47,362 bases of DNA from Clostridiaceae bacterium UBA4839 (GTDB lineage Bacteria > Bacillota > Clostridia > Clostridiales > Caloramatoraceae), in assembly GCA_002400085.1 (NCBI GenBank), contig DHEX01000138.1:1-47362 (forward strand). Reading direction: 5' to 3'. Below are positions 37,568-46,810 of this stretch, in pieces. Within the stretch, counting starts at the first letter, position 1. Each line of letters opens with the position of its first letter. Position numbers and translations under genes: made by a program. The notes beneath the pieces were generated by a model. That model was not told the origin of the DNA. It did not search any database and worked only from the letters and a program-made list of their open reading frames with translations.

Positions 37568-38623
37568 TTAACCTCTAAATAGTATTTCTGAAATCTTTTT
37601 AGCAGCTTTCCCATCACCGAAATAATTCTTTTGTGGAGATAGTGGAATAAAATTATTTAAAGCATCTAAAATTTTATTTTTATCTGTTCCAACTAAAACA
37701 TTCCATCCATTTTCAACAGTTTCAACCCATTCTGTTTCATCCCTTAAAGTAATACATGGTTTTTTAGCAAAGAATGCTTCCTTTTGAAGTCCGCCGCTGT
37801 CTGTAACAATTTTTTGGCTCATCATTTCAAGAACAAGCATTTCAAGATAACCTATTGGCTCAATTATTTTAACATTATCACTAAACTTTAGCCCGTAATC
37901 CTTCATATACTTTCTTGTTCTCGGATGCAGTGGGATTACAATTTTGCCATTATATTCATTAAAACTTTCAACAATATTTTTAAGTCTGTTAACATCATTA
38001 GTATTTTCTGCTCTATGAATAGTAGCAAGAATATACTCACCTTTGTTTAAATTTAACTTATTTAACACATCTGTTTTTTGCAAAGCCAATTTACTAAAGT
38101 GTAAAACAGCATCATACATTACGTCCCCTACATTATACACATTATTAGTTATTCCCTCTTTGCTGAGATTTTTTACAGCTACTTCTGTAGGTGCAAATAA
38201 ATATGTGGATATATGATCTGTAAGTATACGATTTTGCTCTTCAGGCATTTTCATATTAAAGCTTCTAAGCCCAGCTTCAACATGAGCAACAGGAATTAAA
38301 AGCTTACTTGCAGCAAGTGCTCCAGCTAATGTGGAGTTTGTATCTCCATACACTAAAATGCAGTCTGGTTTTTCTTCTTCAAGAATTTCCTCAATTTTGA
38401 TTAACATATTACCTGTTTGAAATCCGTGTCTTCCCGAACCAATATTTAAATTGTAATCCGGCATAGGGATATTTAATTCCTCAAAAAATACCTGCGACAT
38501 ATTACTATCATAATGCTGCCCTGTATGAATAATTTTTTCAGTATTATTAATTCTTAGTTCTTTTGATACAGCTGCTGCCTTAATAAATTGTGGTCTTGCC
38601 CCAATAATTGTTATAATTTTCAT
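37568..38623 (-). CDS. wecB: UDP-N-acetylglucosamine 2-epimerase (non-hydrolysing)
   Basis: IIGARPQFIKAA N-terminus, HVEAGLRS and DSGGLQKEA. Confidence 0.9.
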   Translation of the reverse strand: MKIITIIGARPQFIKAAAVSKELRINNTEKIIHTGQHYDSNMSQVFFEELNIPMPDYNLNIGSGRHGFQTGNMLIKIEEILEEEKPDCILVYGDTNSTLAGALAASKLLIPVAHVEAGLRSFNMKMPEEQNRILTDHISTYLFAPTEVAVKNLSKEGITNNVYNVGDVMYDAVLHFSKLALQKTDVLNKLNLNKGEYILATIHRAENTNDVNRLKNIVESFNEYNGKIVIPLHPRTRKYMKDYGLKFSDNVKIIEPIGYLEMLVLEMMSQKIVTDSGGLQKEAFFAKKPCITLRDETEWVETVENGWNVLVGTDKNKILDALNNFIPLSPQKNYFGDGKAAKKISEILFRG

Positions 38624-38636
38624 TTGCTACGCCCCC

Positions 38637-40004
38637 CTAAAAAAATTTATTAATATAAGATATTAATTGTAATGCTAAGTTTTCCCTACTATAATTTTTC
38701 ACCTTATCATAGTTTGGTACTATCTCTTTTTTCTTATCGAAGAAATTTTCATAGGCTTTAAAAATTATTTTTTCAATTTCATCAACACTTAGTGGAGAAG
38801 CAATATATCCAGTATTTGTTTCTATAATTAAATCTTTTGCTACCCCATCAGGCACAATTGCTAAAATATCCTTACCAGTCCTTATATATTCAAAAATCTT
38901 ACCTGTATATATTCCCTCATTACCAGGCTCATCATCAACAATTAAAAGAAGTGCATTAGCCTTGCATAGTTCTTTAAGGCTTTCCTTATGAGTTATATAC
39001 TCCATACGTTCAATATTTTTCGGATACTTTTCCTTATACTCTTCCAAAACATCCATTTGACTATGTCCAATATTTCCAACAAATTTTATCTTAAACTTAT
39101 TTTTATCAATTTTATTTCCACTCAATAAATTATCTATTGCGCTAAACAAATTATTTGGCGTTTCTTTTCCATACATTGTACCATTATATAAAATTGTAAA
39201 GCATTCATTATTATCTCCCATAGATAGGTCTAAATTTTTAAAATCCTCTTCATCATATCCATTAGTTATTTTTACAAACTTTTCAGGGTTCATTTTAGGA
39301 TATCTAATTATAAAATCATCTATAATTGGCTTACTAACGCTTATAACCATATCTGCCTTATTAACTACTTTATATTCCATGCGATTGTAAATTTTTTGTA
39401 TAACATAACTATAGCTTACAAATGGATTAGATGCCCAAGGATCCCTAAAATCTGCAATCCATTTAACATCCATTTCATTTGCAAGCTCATAGCCAATCAT
39501 ATGAGTTGTATAAGGTGATGATGTAGTATATATAAGCTCAATATTGTTTTCTTTTATAATTTTTTTGGCTTCAGGAACTGCATATTTAATCCAGCCTTTT
39601 TTATCATCTGGAACATAAATCAAATTATATATATCTAAAAATATTTTTTTAGCGAAATTTCTTAAATTCTTTTTGAATTTATAAAAAAATTTATTATTAT
39701 CATCTGAACTTTTTACTATAGCCTTCTCTGAAGACTTATCCATTATATTTTTATTGCTTATATTTACCAGCTTATCTATAAAATTTGGTTCATCAATATC
39801 TGTTCTATAAACCTTAATATCATCCTTAATATCAATTTTTAGTGATTCATCTATAAGCCCCTTTTTATCTTCCTTTACAGTCAAAACATGAACATCAAAC
39901 CCATACTTACTTAAATATTTTGCAAACTTTGCAGTTCTTTGAACACCAGCACCGCCCTTAGGAGGATAATAATAAGCAATTATAAGTATATTCCTATTCC
40001 TCAT
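38637..40004 (-). CDS. Glycosyltransferase (GT4-like, 455 aa)
   Basis: N-terminal IIAYYYPPKGGAGVQR and a GT-B-like C-terminal half. Confidence 0.65.
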   Translation of the reverse strand: MRNRNILIIAYYYPPKGGAGVQRTAKFAKYLSKYGFDVHVLTVKEDKKGLIDESLKIDIKDDIKVYRTDIDEPNFIDKLVNISNKNIMDKSSEKAIVKSSDDNNKFFYKFKKNLRNFAKKIFLDIYNLIYVPDDKKGWIKYAVPEAKKIIKENNIELIYTTSSPYTTHMIGYELANEMDVKWIADFRDPWASNPFVSYSYVIQKIYNRMEYKVVNKADMVISVSKPIIDDFIIRYPKMNPEKFVKITNGYDEEDFKNLDLSMGDNNECFTILYNGTMYGKETPNNLFSAIDNLLSGNKIDKNKFKIKFVGNIGHSQMDVLEEYKEKYPKNIERMEYITHKESLKELCKANALLLIVDDEPGNEGIYTGKIFEYIRTGKDILAIVPDGVAKDLIIETNTGYIASPLSVDEIEKIIFKAYENFFDKKKEIVPNYDKVKNYSRENLALQLISYINKFF

Positions 40005-40054
40005 TTTTTTCCCTCACATCTTAAGTTGAAAATTAATATCGCAATATTTATCTG

Positions 40055-40118
40055 TTTTCAAGACTTCACCTTCTAAAGGATAGAGTTCCACCTCTTTGCT
40101 TCAGTGGGCAAAGTCCCC
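40055..40118 (-). repeat. Repeat F copy 2
   Basis: The reverse complement (gggggactttgcccactgaagcaaagaggtggaactctatcctttagaaggtgaagtcttgaaaa) aligns at about 75-80% with 18237-18299. Confidence 0.7.
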
Positions 40119-40126
40119 CATTGAAT

Positions 40127-41830
40127 TCACTTGATAATGTTTAAAATTCTTTGGTTTACATTACCATCTATTTTATAAAAATTGTATTTTAAATATTGCT
40201 GCATTTTTTCATTATTATTATTATCTTTAATATTTAATAAAATATTTCTTAGTTCATCTTCATTTCTTGCCCCCAATGAGACACCATCTTTTACGAATTC
40301 TGCAACATCATTATATTTAGATAAAAGAATGCAAACTGAAGGTTTATTAAAAATAGCCCCTTCTACAGCCACCGTAGAATGAACTGTTATAATGACATCA
40401 CACCATTTTATTAAATCATATAAATCTGATTCTCTTACTATCTTAACATTTCTTATTTCATACTTTTTTATCATCTTTTCATAGTCTGATACATGAAAAT
40501 CTCCTGGATGAAGCTTTATAATCAATTCATACTTTTTATTAAGGTTACTTATTGATTTAAACAGCATTTCAGTTGGCGGATAGACAAGATCCTCCATATA
40601 ACTTGTAGCCTGTGTAGCATATAAAATTCTTATTTCTTCATGAGCATCGCTCTTTGTGTGATAATTATCTTTAAATAATAAATCAGTCCTTGGCTGTCCT
40701 GATACAATTACATTATTTTCATTATACATATTATTGTGGTTTATTAAAAGGCTCTTATACTTCTCTCCCCAAACAAATGTTCGTGATGGAACAATTGGGA
40801 AATTTCGCTTTAAATTATATATATATGCAGAAGAAGTTTCACTTATAGTACCATGCTGCAAGGCATAAGTTTCTATGCCGCACATATTCCCTGCTGTAAT
40901 AATACATCTTCCCCTGTCGCCCTCACCTATCACTATACATTTTTTAATCTTATTTTTTTTGATTAATTTCTTCATTGCAAGAATTTCTTTTAAATATGAT
41001 AAGCATTGAAATTTAAAATCTGCAAAAGCATACTTTATAACTATATTTTTCAAATCAATATTTTCAAAATTAAAATCCATGGAATGAATAGCCTTTGTAT
41101 TATCCTCAATCAAATTTTTATTTATTAATTTGTCATTTATCTGCCTTTTGTATGCTATAAAAAGCTCATATGGAATTACATCCTCCTTATATTTTAAAGC
41201 TTTATCAATTAGGCTTACACTGCTTAAAAGCTGGAAGTTCATAATGTTATACTCATTTTTTAATCCGTCTATTATGCCTCCAAGCTGAGTATCATAATAA
41301 TATTCTTTACCATTTTTTATTAACTTATTGATGGCTACAACATGAGAAAATATAAGGATATTTTCTTTTTTATTTTTTTTTATTTTATATTTTAAGTATG
41401 CGTAATATCCTTTCGCAATTCTTCTTAAAAATTTAAATTTATTGATCTTAAGAGAATTGTTTTCAGCTTTTATCTTTTCACATTTCATATTGAAAATATC
41501 ACTGCATAAATCAAACATTATATCACTATCTGTCCTTACTGATATGTCATCTTCAAATTCATCATTAATCTTTTTTAAAATAATAGTACAGATTACTATT
41601 TCTTCAACTATAATGCATATAGAATTTCTACAAAAAATATAGAGAGGTATCCCATCATAGGTATAAATATTTTCAAGGCATACACCATTTATATCTTGCT
41701 TTTCAAGGTTTGAAAGATATTCAAATGCTATCCTCTTTGAATTGACTCCCTCTAAATATGATGATATATCCCTTATTTTATTTCCCCTTCTAACTTCTCC
41801 CATTCCTGATTTATATATCAGCTCAACCAT
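40127..41830 (-). CDS. Uncharacterised 567-aa protein with a GT-B-like C-terminal half (candidate nonulosonate or glycerophosphate transferase)
   Basis: C-terminal half carries IGEGDRG ... QPRTD ... KLHPGD ... HSTVAVEG. No confident family call for the N-terminal 290 aa. Confidence 0.5.
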   Translation of the reverse strand: MVELIYKSGMGEVRRGNKIRDISSYLEGVNSKRIAFEYLSNLEKQDINGVCLENIYTYDGIPLYIFCRNSICIIVEEIVICTIILKKINDEFEDDISVRTDSDIMFDLCSDIFNMKCEKIKAENNSLKINKFKFLRRIAKGYYAYLKYKIKKNKKENILIFSHVVAINKLIKNGKEYYYDTQLGGIIDGLKNEYNIMNFQLLSSVSLIDKALKYKEDVIPYELFIAYKRQINDKLINKNLIEDNTKAIHSMDFNFENIDLKNIVIKYAFADFKFQCLSYLKEILAMKKLIKKNKIKKCIVIGEGDRGRCIITAGNMCGIETYALQHGTISETSSAYIYNLKRNFPIVPSRTFVWGEKYKSLLINHNNMYNENNVIVSGQPRTDLLFKDNYHTKSDAHEEIRILYATQATSYMEDLVYPPTEMLFKSISNLNKKYELIIKLHPGDFHVSDYEKMIKKYEIRNVKIVRESDLYDLIKWCDVIITVHSTVAVEGAIFNKPSVCILLSKYNDVAEFVKDGVSLGARNEDELRNILLNIKDNNNNEKMQQYLKYNFYKIDGNVNQRILNIIK

Positions 41831-41835
41831 AGCTA

Positions 41836-42933
41836 CTACCTTCTACATATAATTTCGCATATATATTCTATATCCTCTTTTTTAAGCCCTACTGAACTTG
41901 GAAGATTAATTCCCTTCCTATAAAGCTCATCAGTTACATTCATATTACCATGTTTAAAGTCCTTATATGGAGGCATATTGTGAATAGGCATAAAAAATGG
42001 TCTCGTTTCAACGCCCTTTTCACTCATCTTTTTTACTAAATCATCCCTATTAATTTCATAATCATCCTCTACTAATATGGAGTAAAGCCAAAAACAGTTT
42101 TTTGCATAGGGCTTCTCACATGGAAGTGTAATTCCCTTAACATTTTTTAATAGCTTATTATAATACTCAGCATTTTCTCTTTTTGCTTTAATGTATTCTT
42201 CGATATTTTCAAGCTGTGCCACTCCAAAGGCAGCAAGAAGATTAGGCATTCTAAAATTATATCCTATTTCAGGATGATAAAAGGCCTTATTTTCAGTAAC
42301 CACCTTAGTTTGGGTGGATAAAAACTTTGCCCTTTCTCCCCATTCTTTGTTATTGGTAACAAGCATTCCCCCTGCACCAGTTGTTATTAATTTATTGCCA
42401 TTAAAGCTAAAGCACCCTATATCTCCAATGGTTCCTGTCATTTGCCCCTTGTATTCAGAGCCCAATGCTTCAGTTGCATCTTCAATAACATAAAGATTAT
42501 GCTTTCTTGCAATTTCCATAATCTTATCCATATCAGCAGGGTGCCCATATATATGAACAGGCATAATAGCCCTTGTTTTTTCAGTTATTAAATCTTCAAT
42601 TTTATCTGCGTCTAAAACAAAAGTATCCCTGCATACATCTGCAAAAACAGGTGTTGCACCAACATATCTTATAGTATTTACAGGTGAAATAAATGTAAGT
42701 GAAGGTACAATTACTTCATCCCCTTCACCAATTCCAAGAGTTAAAAGTGCAAGATGAAGTGCAGCTGTCCCATTCATAGTTACAACTGCGCACTCACTTT
42801 TGACAAACTTGCTAAACTTTTCTTCAAAAAGATTAACATAACTTCCAACAGATGAAACCCAATTTGTATCTATACAATCCTTAACATACTTCCATTCATT
42901 TCCCCTTATTTCAGGCACACAAAGTGGTATCAT
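41836..42933 (-). CDS. DegT/DnrJ/EryC1-family PLP aminotransferase (LegC-like)
   Basis: Family-typical FSFNGNKLITTGAGG lysine motif, 365 aa. Confidence 0.85.
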   Translation of the reverse strand: MIPLCVPEIRGNEWKYVKDCIDTNWVSSVGSYVNLFEEKFSKFVKSECAVVTMNGTAALHLALLTLGIGEGDEVIVPSLTFISPVNTIRYVGATPVFADVCRDTFVLDADKIEDLITEKTRAIMPVHIYGHPADMDKIMEIARKHNLYVIEDATEALGSEYKGQMTGTIGDIGCFSFNGNKLITTGAGGMLVTNNKEWGERAKFLSTQTKVVTENKAFYHPEIGYNFRMPNLLAAFGVAQLENIEEYIKAKRENAEYYNKLLKNVKGITLPCEKPYAKNCFWLYSILVEDDYEINRDDLVKKMSEKGVETRPFFMPIHNMPPYKDFKHGNMNVTDELYRKGINLPSSVGLKKEDIEYICEIICRR

Positions 42934-42944
42934 TTTATCATCCC

Positions 42945-43937
42945 CTACACATTATAAATATCCGTCTTATAATACTGCATATTATTTTTAATCCATTCAA
43001 TTGTAAGCTTTAATCCCTCATCTATTGTATATTTAGGCTGCCATCCTGTCAGCTCTTTTATTTTTGAATTATCAGCCCAAAGTCTATTTACCTCACTATT
43101 TTTAGGCCTTATCCTTTCTTCATCGCATTCAATTTTAACATTGCAATTAATATCTTTAATTATTTTATCTGCAACATCCCCAATACTTATTTCATAATTT
43201 GAACCTGCATTTACTACCTGGCCCACAGTGTTGTCACTTTCTGCTACCTTAACAAATGCTTCTGCGGTATCAAGTACAAAGTTAAAATCCCTGGTAGGAC
43301 TTAAACTTCCAAGTTTAATAGTCTTTTTGCCTGATAAAATTTGAGATATTATTGTAGGAATAACAGCTCTTGCTGATTGCCTTGGCCCATATGTATTAAA
43401 AGGTCTTATTACAGCAACAGGAAGATTAAATGATCTATAAAAGCTTTCTGCCATTTTATCTGCAGCAATTTTTGATGCAGAATAGGGCGACTGTCCCTGC
43501 ATAGGATGCTTTTCATCAATTGGAACGTACAAAGCTGTTCCATAAGTTTCACTTGTAGATGTATGAACTATCTTTTGTACACCATATTCTAAGCAGGCCT
43601 CAAGCACATTTGTAGTGCCCTCAACATTGGTTTTAACATAAGCCATTGGTGAAAGATATGAGTATGGAATAGCTATAAGTGCTGCTAAGTGAAAAACTAC
43701 ATCCTGGCCTTTTATAATTTTTTTCATGCCATCATATTCCCTAACATCACCTGTAACCACATTAATACTGTCTTTAACATTTTTATCAAATGTATCAATC
43801 CAGCCCCAGCTATTAAAAGAATTATATTGCACAAGTGCCGTAACATTAGCTCCAAGTTCAACAAGCCTTTCTGTTAAATGGCTTCCAATAAACCCTTCAG
43901 AGCCTGTTACAAGAACCTTCTTTCCCTTTAATTCCAT
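42945..43937 (-). CDS. NAD-dependent nucleotide-sugar 4,6-dehydratase/epimerase (LegB-like)
   Basis: VTGSEGFIGSHL Rossmann motif and the YSASK catalytic motif. Confidence 0.8.
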   Translation of the reverse strand: MELKGKKVLVTGSEGFIGSHLTERLVELGANVTALVQYNSFNSWGWIDTFDKNVKDSINVVTGDVREYDGMKKIIKGQDVVFHLAALIAIPYSYLSPMAYVKTNVEGTTNVLEACLEYGVQKIVHTSTSETYGTALYVPIDEKHPMQGQSPYSASKIAADKMAESFYRSFNLPVAVIRPFNTYGPRQSARAVIPTIISQILSGKKTIKLGSLSPTRDFNFVLDTAEAFVKVAESDNTVGQVVNAGSNYEISIGDVADKIIKDINCNVKIECDEERIRPKNSEVNRLWADNSKIKELTGWQPKYTIDEGLKLTIEWIKNNMQYYKTDIYNV

Positions 43938-43948
43938 AAGGTTTCCTC

Positions 43949-44998
43949 CTAAAAATATTTATTAACATCATCATTTGCTTTTTTATAATCTGTAATTTGT
44001 CCTATATCAGCCCAATATTCTTTTATATGGTAAATTCCAGCTTTCAAATTATCCTGTATTGCATCTTTAATTAAATCAGTCATATTATATAGCACATTAT
44101 CTGGTATATAATCAATAATATTAGGATTTAAAGCATAAACTCCGCTGCTTATATAAAAGCTGTATGTAGGTTTTTCTTCAATTGATTTTATGGACTTTCC
44201 GTTTGTTGAAATAACTCCATATGGAATTGTCATCTCATAATTTCTTGAGCCAACAGTTATATCATTATTATTTTCCATATGATCATTTAAAAAATCATCA
44301 AAATCAATCCCAGTTAATATATCACCATTTATAACAATAAAGGGTTTATTTAGCTTTTCCTTAGCAAGTTTTATTGAGCCTGCAGTTCCAAGTTTCTTTG
44401 GTTCCCAGACATAATCTATATTAACATCAAATTGTTTTCCATCTTTAAAATAATCCTCTATAACATCACCCATATAATTTAAAGAAATAATAAAATTTTT
44501 AAACCCATATTCTTTAAATTGCTCAATAATAGTTCGTAAAATTGGTTTATCTCCAACATTTAACATGGGCTTAGGTGTTTTTTCTGTTAAAGGCTTTAGC
44601 CTTGTCCCACGCCCCCCTGCCAATATAAATACATAATTATCCTTTTCTTTATAGGATATTAAGTCGTCTAAAAAGTATAAATCAGTTAAAACACCTTCCT
44701 CATCTAAAACAGGAAGATGCCTTATTTTGTATTTCAGCATGATTTCTTTTGCTCTTTTTTTGCTTTCAAATTTATTTACATATTTATAATTTTTATTATA
44801 AATTCCTTTTATGCTTTCATTAATATTTTTACCATTTATTAATGCTCTTCTAATATCCCCATCTGTAATCAATCCCTTTACTTTGAGGCCATCCTCCACA
44901 ACAATTGCAGCACCTATCACATTCTCATCAATTAATTTCATAGTTTCTTTTATTGTTGCATTTTCTTTTATACAATATTTTTTGAAATCTATATTCAT
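43949..44998 (-). CDS. CBS-domain sugar-1-phosphate nucleotidyltransferase (PtmE-like)
   Basis: A CBS pair at the N-terminus followed by LAGGRGTRLKPLTEKTPKPML. I trimmed the start to the ATG at 44998, after ggtgagga. Confidence 0.8.
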   Translation of the reverse strand: MNIDFKKYCIKENATIKETMKLIDENVIGAAIVVEDGLKVKGLITDGDIRRALINGKNINESIKGIYNKNYKYVNKFESKKRAKEIMLKYKIRHLPVLDEEGVLTDLYFLDDLISYKEKDNYVFILAGGRGTRLKPLTEKTPKPMLNVGDKPILRTIIEQFKEYGFKNFIISLNYMGDVIEDYFKDGKQFDVNIDYVWEPKKLGTAGSIKLAKEKLNKPFIVINGDILTGIDFDDFLNDHMENNNDITVGSRNYEMTIPYGVISTNGKSIKSIEEKPTYSFYISSGVYALNPNIIDYIPDNVLYNMTDLIKDAIQDNLKAGIYHIKEYWADIGQITDYKKANDDVNKYF

Positions 44999-45003
44999 AA
45001 TCC

Positions 45004-45648
45004 TCACCTGCATTTAATAATTTTAGCTGGTACGCCAACTGCAGTAGTATTATCATTTATGTTGTTTATAACAACAGAGCCAGCTCCAACTACCACATTG
45101 CTGCCTATATGTACCCCTTGAATTATAGAACTGCCTATACCTATATGAGTATTATTTCCAATAATCACACCACCCGCAATACAAACACCTGGTGAAACAT
45201 GAGTATTATTTCCAATCACACACTCATGCTCAACTATTGATGAAGTATTAATAATACAGTCTTCTCCAATTAAGGCTCCAGGGTTTATTACAGCTCCTGC
45301 CATAACACATGTTCCCCCTCCTATTTTTGCATAAGGTGAAACAATAGCAGTGCTGTGAACTAATAAGGGCATATTAAAGCCTATATCCTTTAATCTTCTG
45401 GTTGTTTTATTTCTAACGCTGATATCCTTTATTCCGCCAACACAATTAAATGCATTTCTTACTCCTTTATTATATATATCAGCTAAAATCTCATCGCTGC
45501 CTAAAATTGGTATATCAAGTATGCTTTTTTTTATTAAATCTTTATTGTTTTCAACTATGCCAACAATATTAAAGTTATTATTGCTTCTTATTATATCAAT
45601 AATAACTTTGCAGTGTCCACCAGCTCCAACTAAAACTATATCCTCCAT
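45004..45648 (-). CDS. NeuD/PglD-family hexapeptide N-acetyltransferase (LegH-like)
   Basis: N-terminal Rossmann-like LVGAGGH and a C-terminal left-handed beta-helix repeat region. Confidence 0.8.
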   Translation of the reverse strand: MEDIVLVGAGGHCKVIIDIIRSNNNFNIVGIVENNKDLIKKSILDIPILGSDEILADIYNKGVRNAFNCVGGIKDISVRNKTTRRLKDIGFNMPLLVHSTAIVSPYAKIGGGTCVMAGAVINPGALIGEDCIINTSSIVEHECVIGNNTHVSPGVCIAGGVIIGNNTHIGIGSSIIQGVHIGSNVVVGAGSVVINNINDNTTAVGVPAKIIKCR

Positions 45649-45660
45649 GTTTTTCCCCTC

Positions 45661-46806
45661 TTAATAGGTAATTTTCTTTTGAATTAAATTCCTGTCTATT
45701 TTAATATCATTTAATATCTTAACTATTCTGCCGCTTGCATTGCCATCGCCATAGGGATTAATGCATTTATCTAAACTCTTTATATAATTATCATCATAAA
45801 GAGATTTATTTATTGCATTTATAATTTCTTTCCTCGAATAAGCTGCATCCATAACATTAATTCCCCTTAATCTCCCATTTTGCCTTGTTCCAATGTTAAC
45901 CACAGGAAGTTTAAAGCTTGCAGCTTCAATAATGCCTGAAGAAGAATTCCCAACCATAACATCTGCATTATTTAATAAATTTAAATAATCATATTGGGAT
46001 AAATTTTTATAAACCTTTATAAAGCTGTATTTTTGCCTATACTCTTCAATTCTCCTTATTATCATTCTACCACCGCTGTCACTATTAGGATAAGTTATAA
46101 CTGTCTGTTTTCCAATTGAAACAATTGCATTAAGCGTTTCCCTTATTTGAAAATCCACATCATCAATTTCAGTTGTAACAGGATGCTGTGTCATTAAAAT
46201 AATTTTATCATCTTTTAAACCAAATTTATTTAAAAACTCTTCCCTTGACATGTATTTTGTGCTTTTAATCACATCTAATCCTGGTGCCCCCACCACAAAT
46301 ACATTTTCCTCTTTTTCTCCCATTTTTATAATTCTATTCCTGCTATCTTCGGTTGCGGGAAAATGAATATGAGAAAGTTTTGTTATAGCATGTCTAATAG
46401 ATTCATCAACTGTTCCGGATACTTCCCCGCCATGAATATGTGCTACAGGAATATTCATATAGCATGCAGCAATGGCAGCAGCAAGCATTTCACCCCTATC
46501 TCCTAAAACTAAAACTATATCAGGTTTTAATCTCTCAAAACTTTGAGCAGCGTACATGATTGAAAGCCCAACTGTTTTAGCCATAGATGAGCCTGTATCT
46601 GAAGAAAAAACCGTTTCAAATTTATCAGAAATTTCAAATCCGTCCTTTTCAATTTCTTTAATTGTCATGCCAAAATCCGGGCAAAGATGCATACCGCAAA
46701 CAATCAGCTGCAGCTTTAAATTTTGGCTGCTGTCAATAGCCTTAAGTACAGGATATAAAATTCCATAATCTGCTCTGGTACCTGTTATAACTGCTACCTT
46801 TCTCAT
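45661..46806 (-). CDS. neuC: Hydrolysing NDP-sugar 2-epimerase (NeuC/LegG-like)
   Basis: VITGTRADYG N-terminus and HIHGGE. I trimmed the start to the ATG at 46806. Confidence 0.85.
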   Translation of the reverse strand: MRKVAVITGTRADYGILYPVLKAIDSSQNLKLQLIVCGMHLCPDFGMTIKEIEKDGFEISDKFETVFSSDTGSSMAKTVGLSIMYAAQSFERLKPDIVLVLGDRGEMLAAAIAACYMNIPVAHIHGGEVSGTVDESIRHAITKLSHIHFPATEDSRNRIIKMGEKEENVFVVGAPGLDVIKSTKYMSREEFLNKFGLKDDKIILMTQHPVTTEIDDVDFQIRETLNAIVSIGKQTVITYPNSDSGGRMIIRRIEEYRQKYSFIKVYKNLSQYDYLNLLNNADVMVGNSSSGIIEAASFKLPVVNIGTRQNGRLRGINVMDAAYSRKEIINAINKSLYDDNYIKSLDKCINPYGDGNASGRIVKILNDIKIDRNLIQKKITY

Positions 46807-46810
46807 AAAA

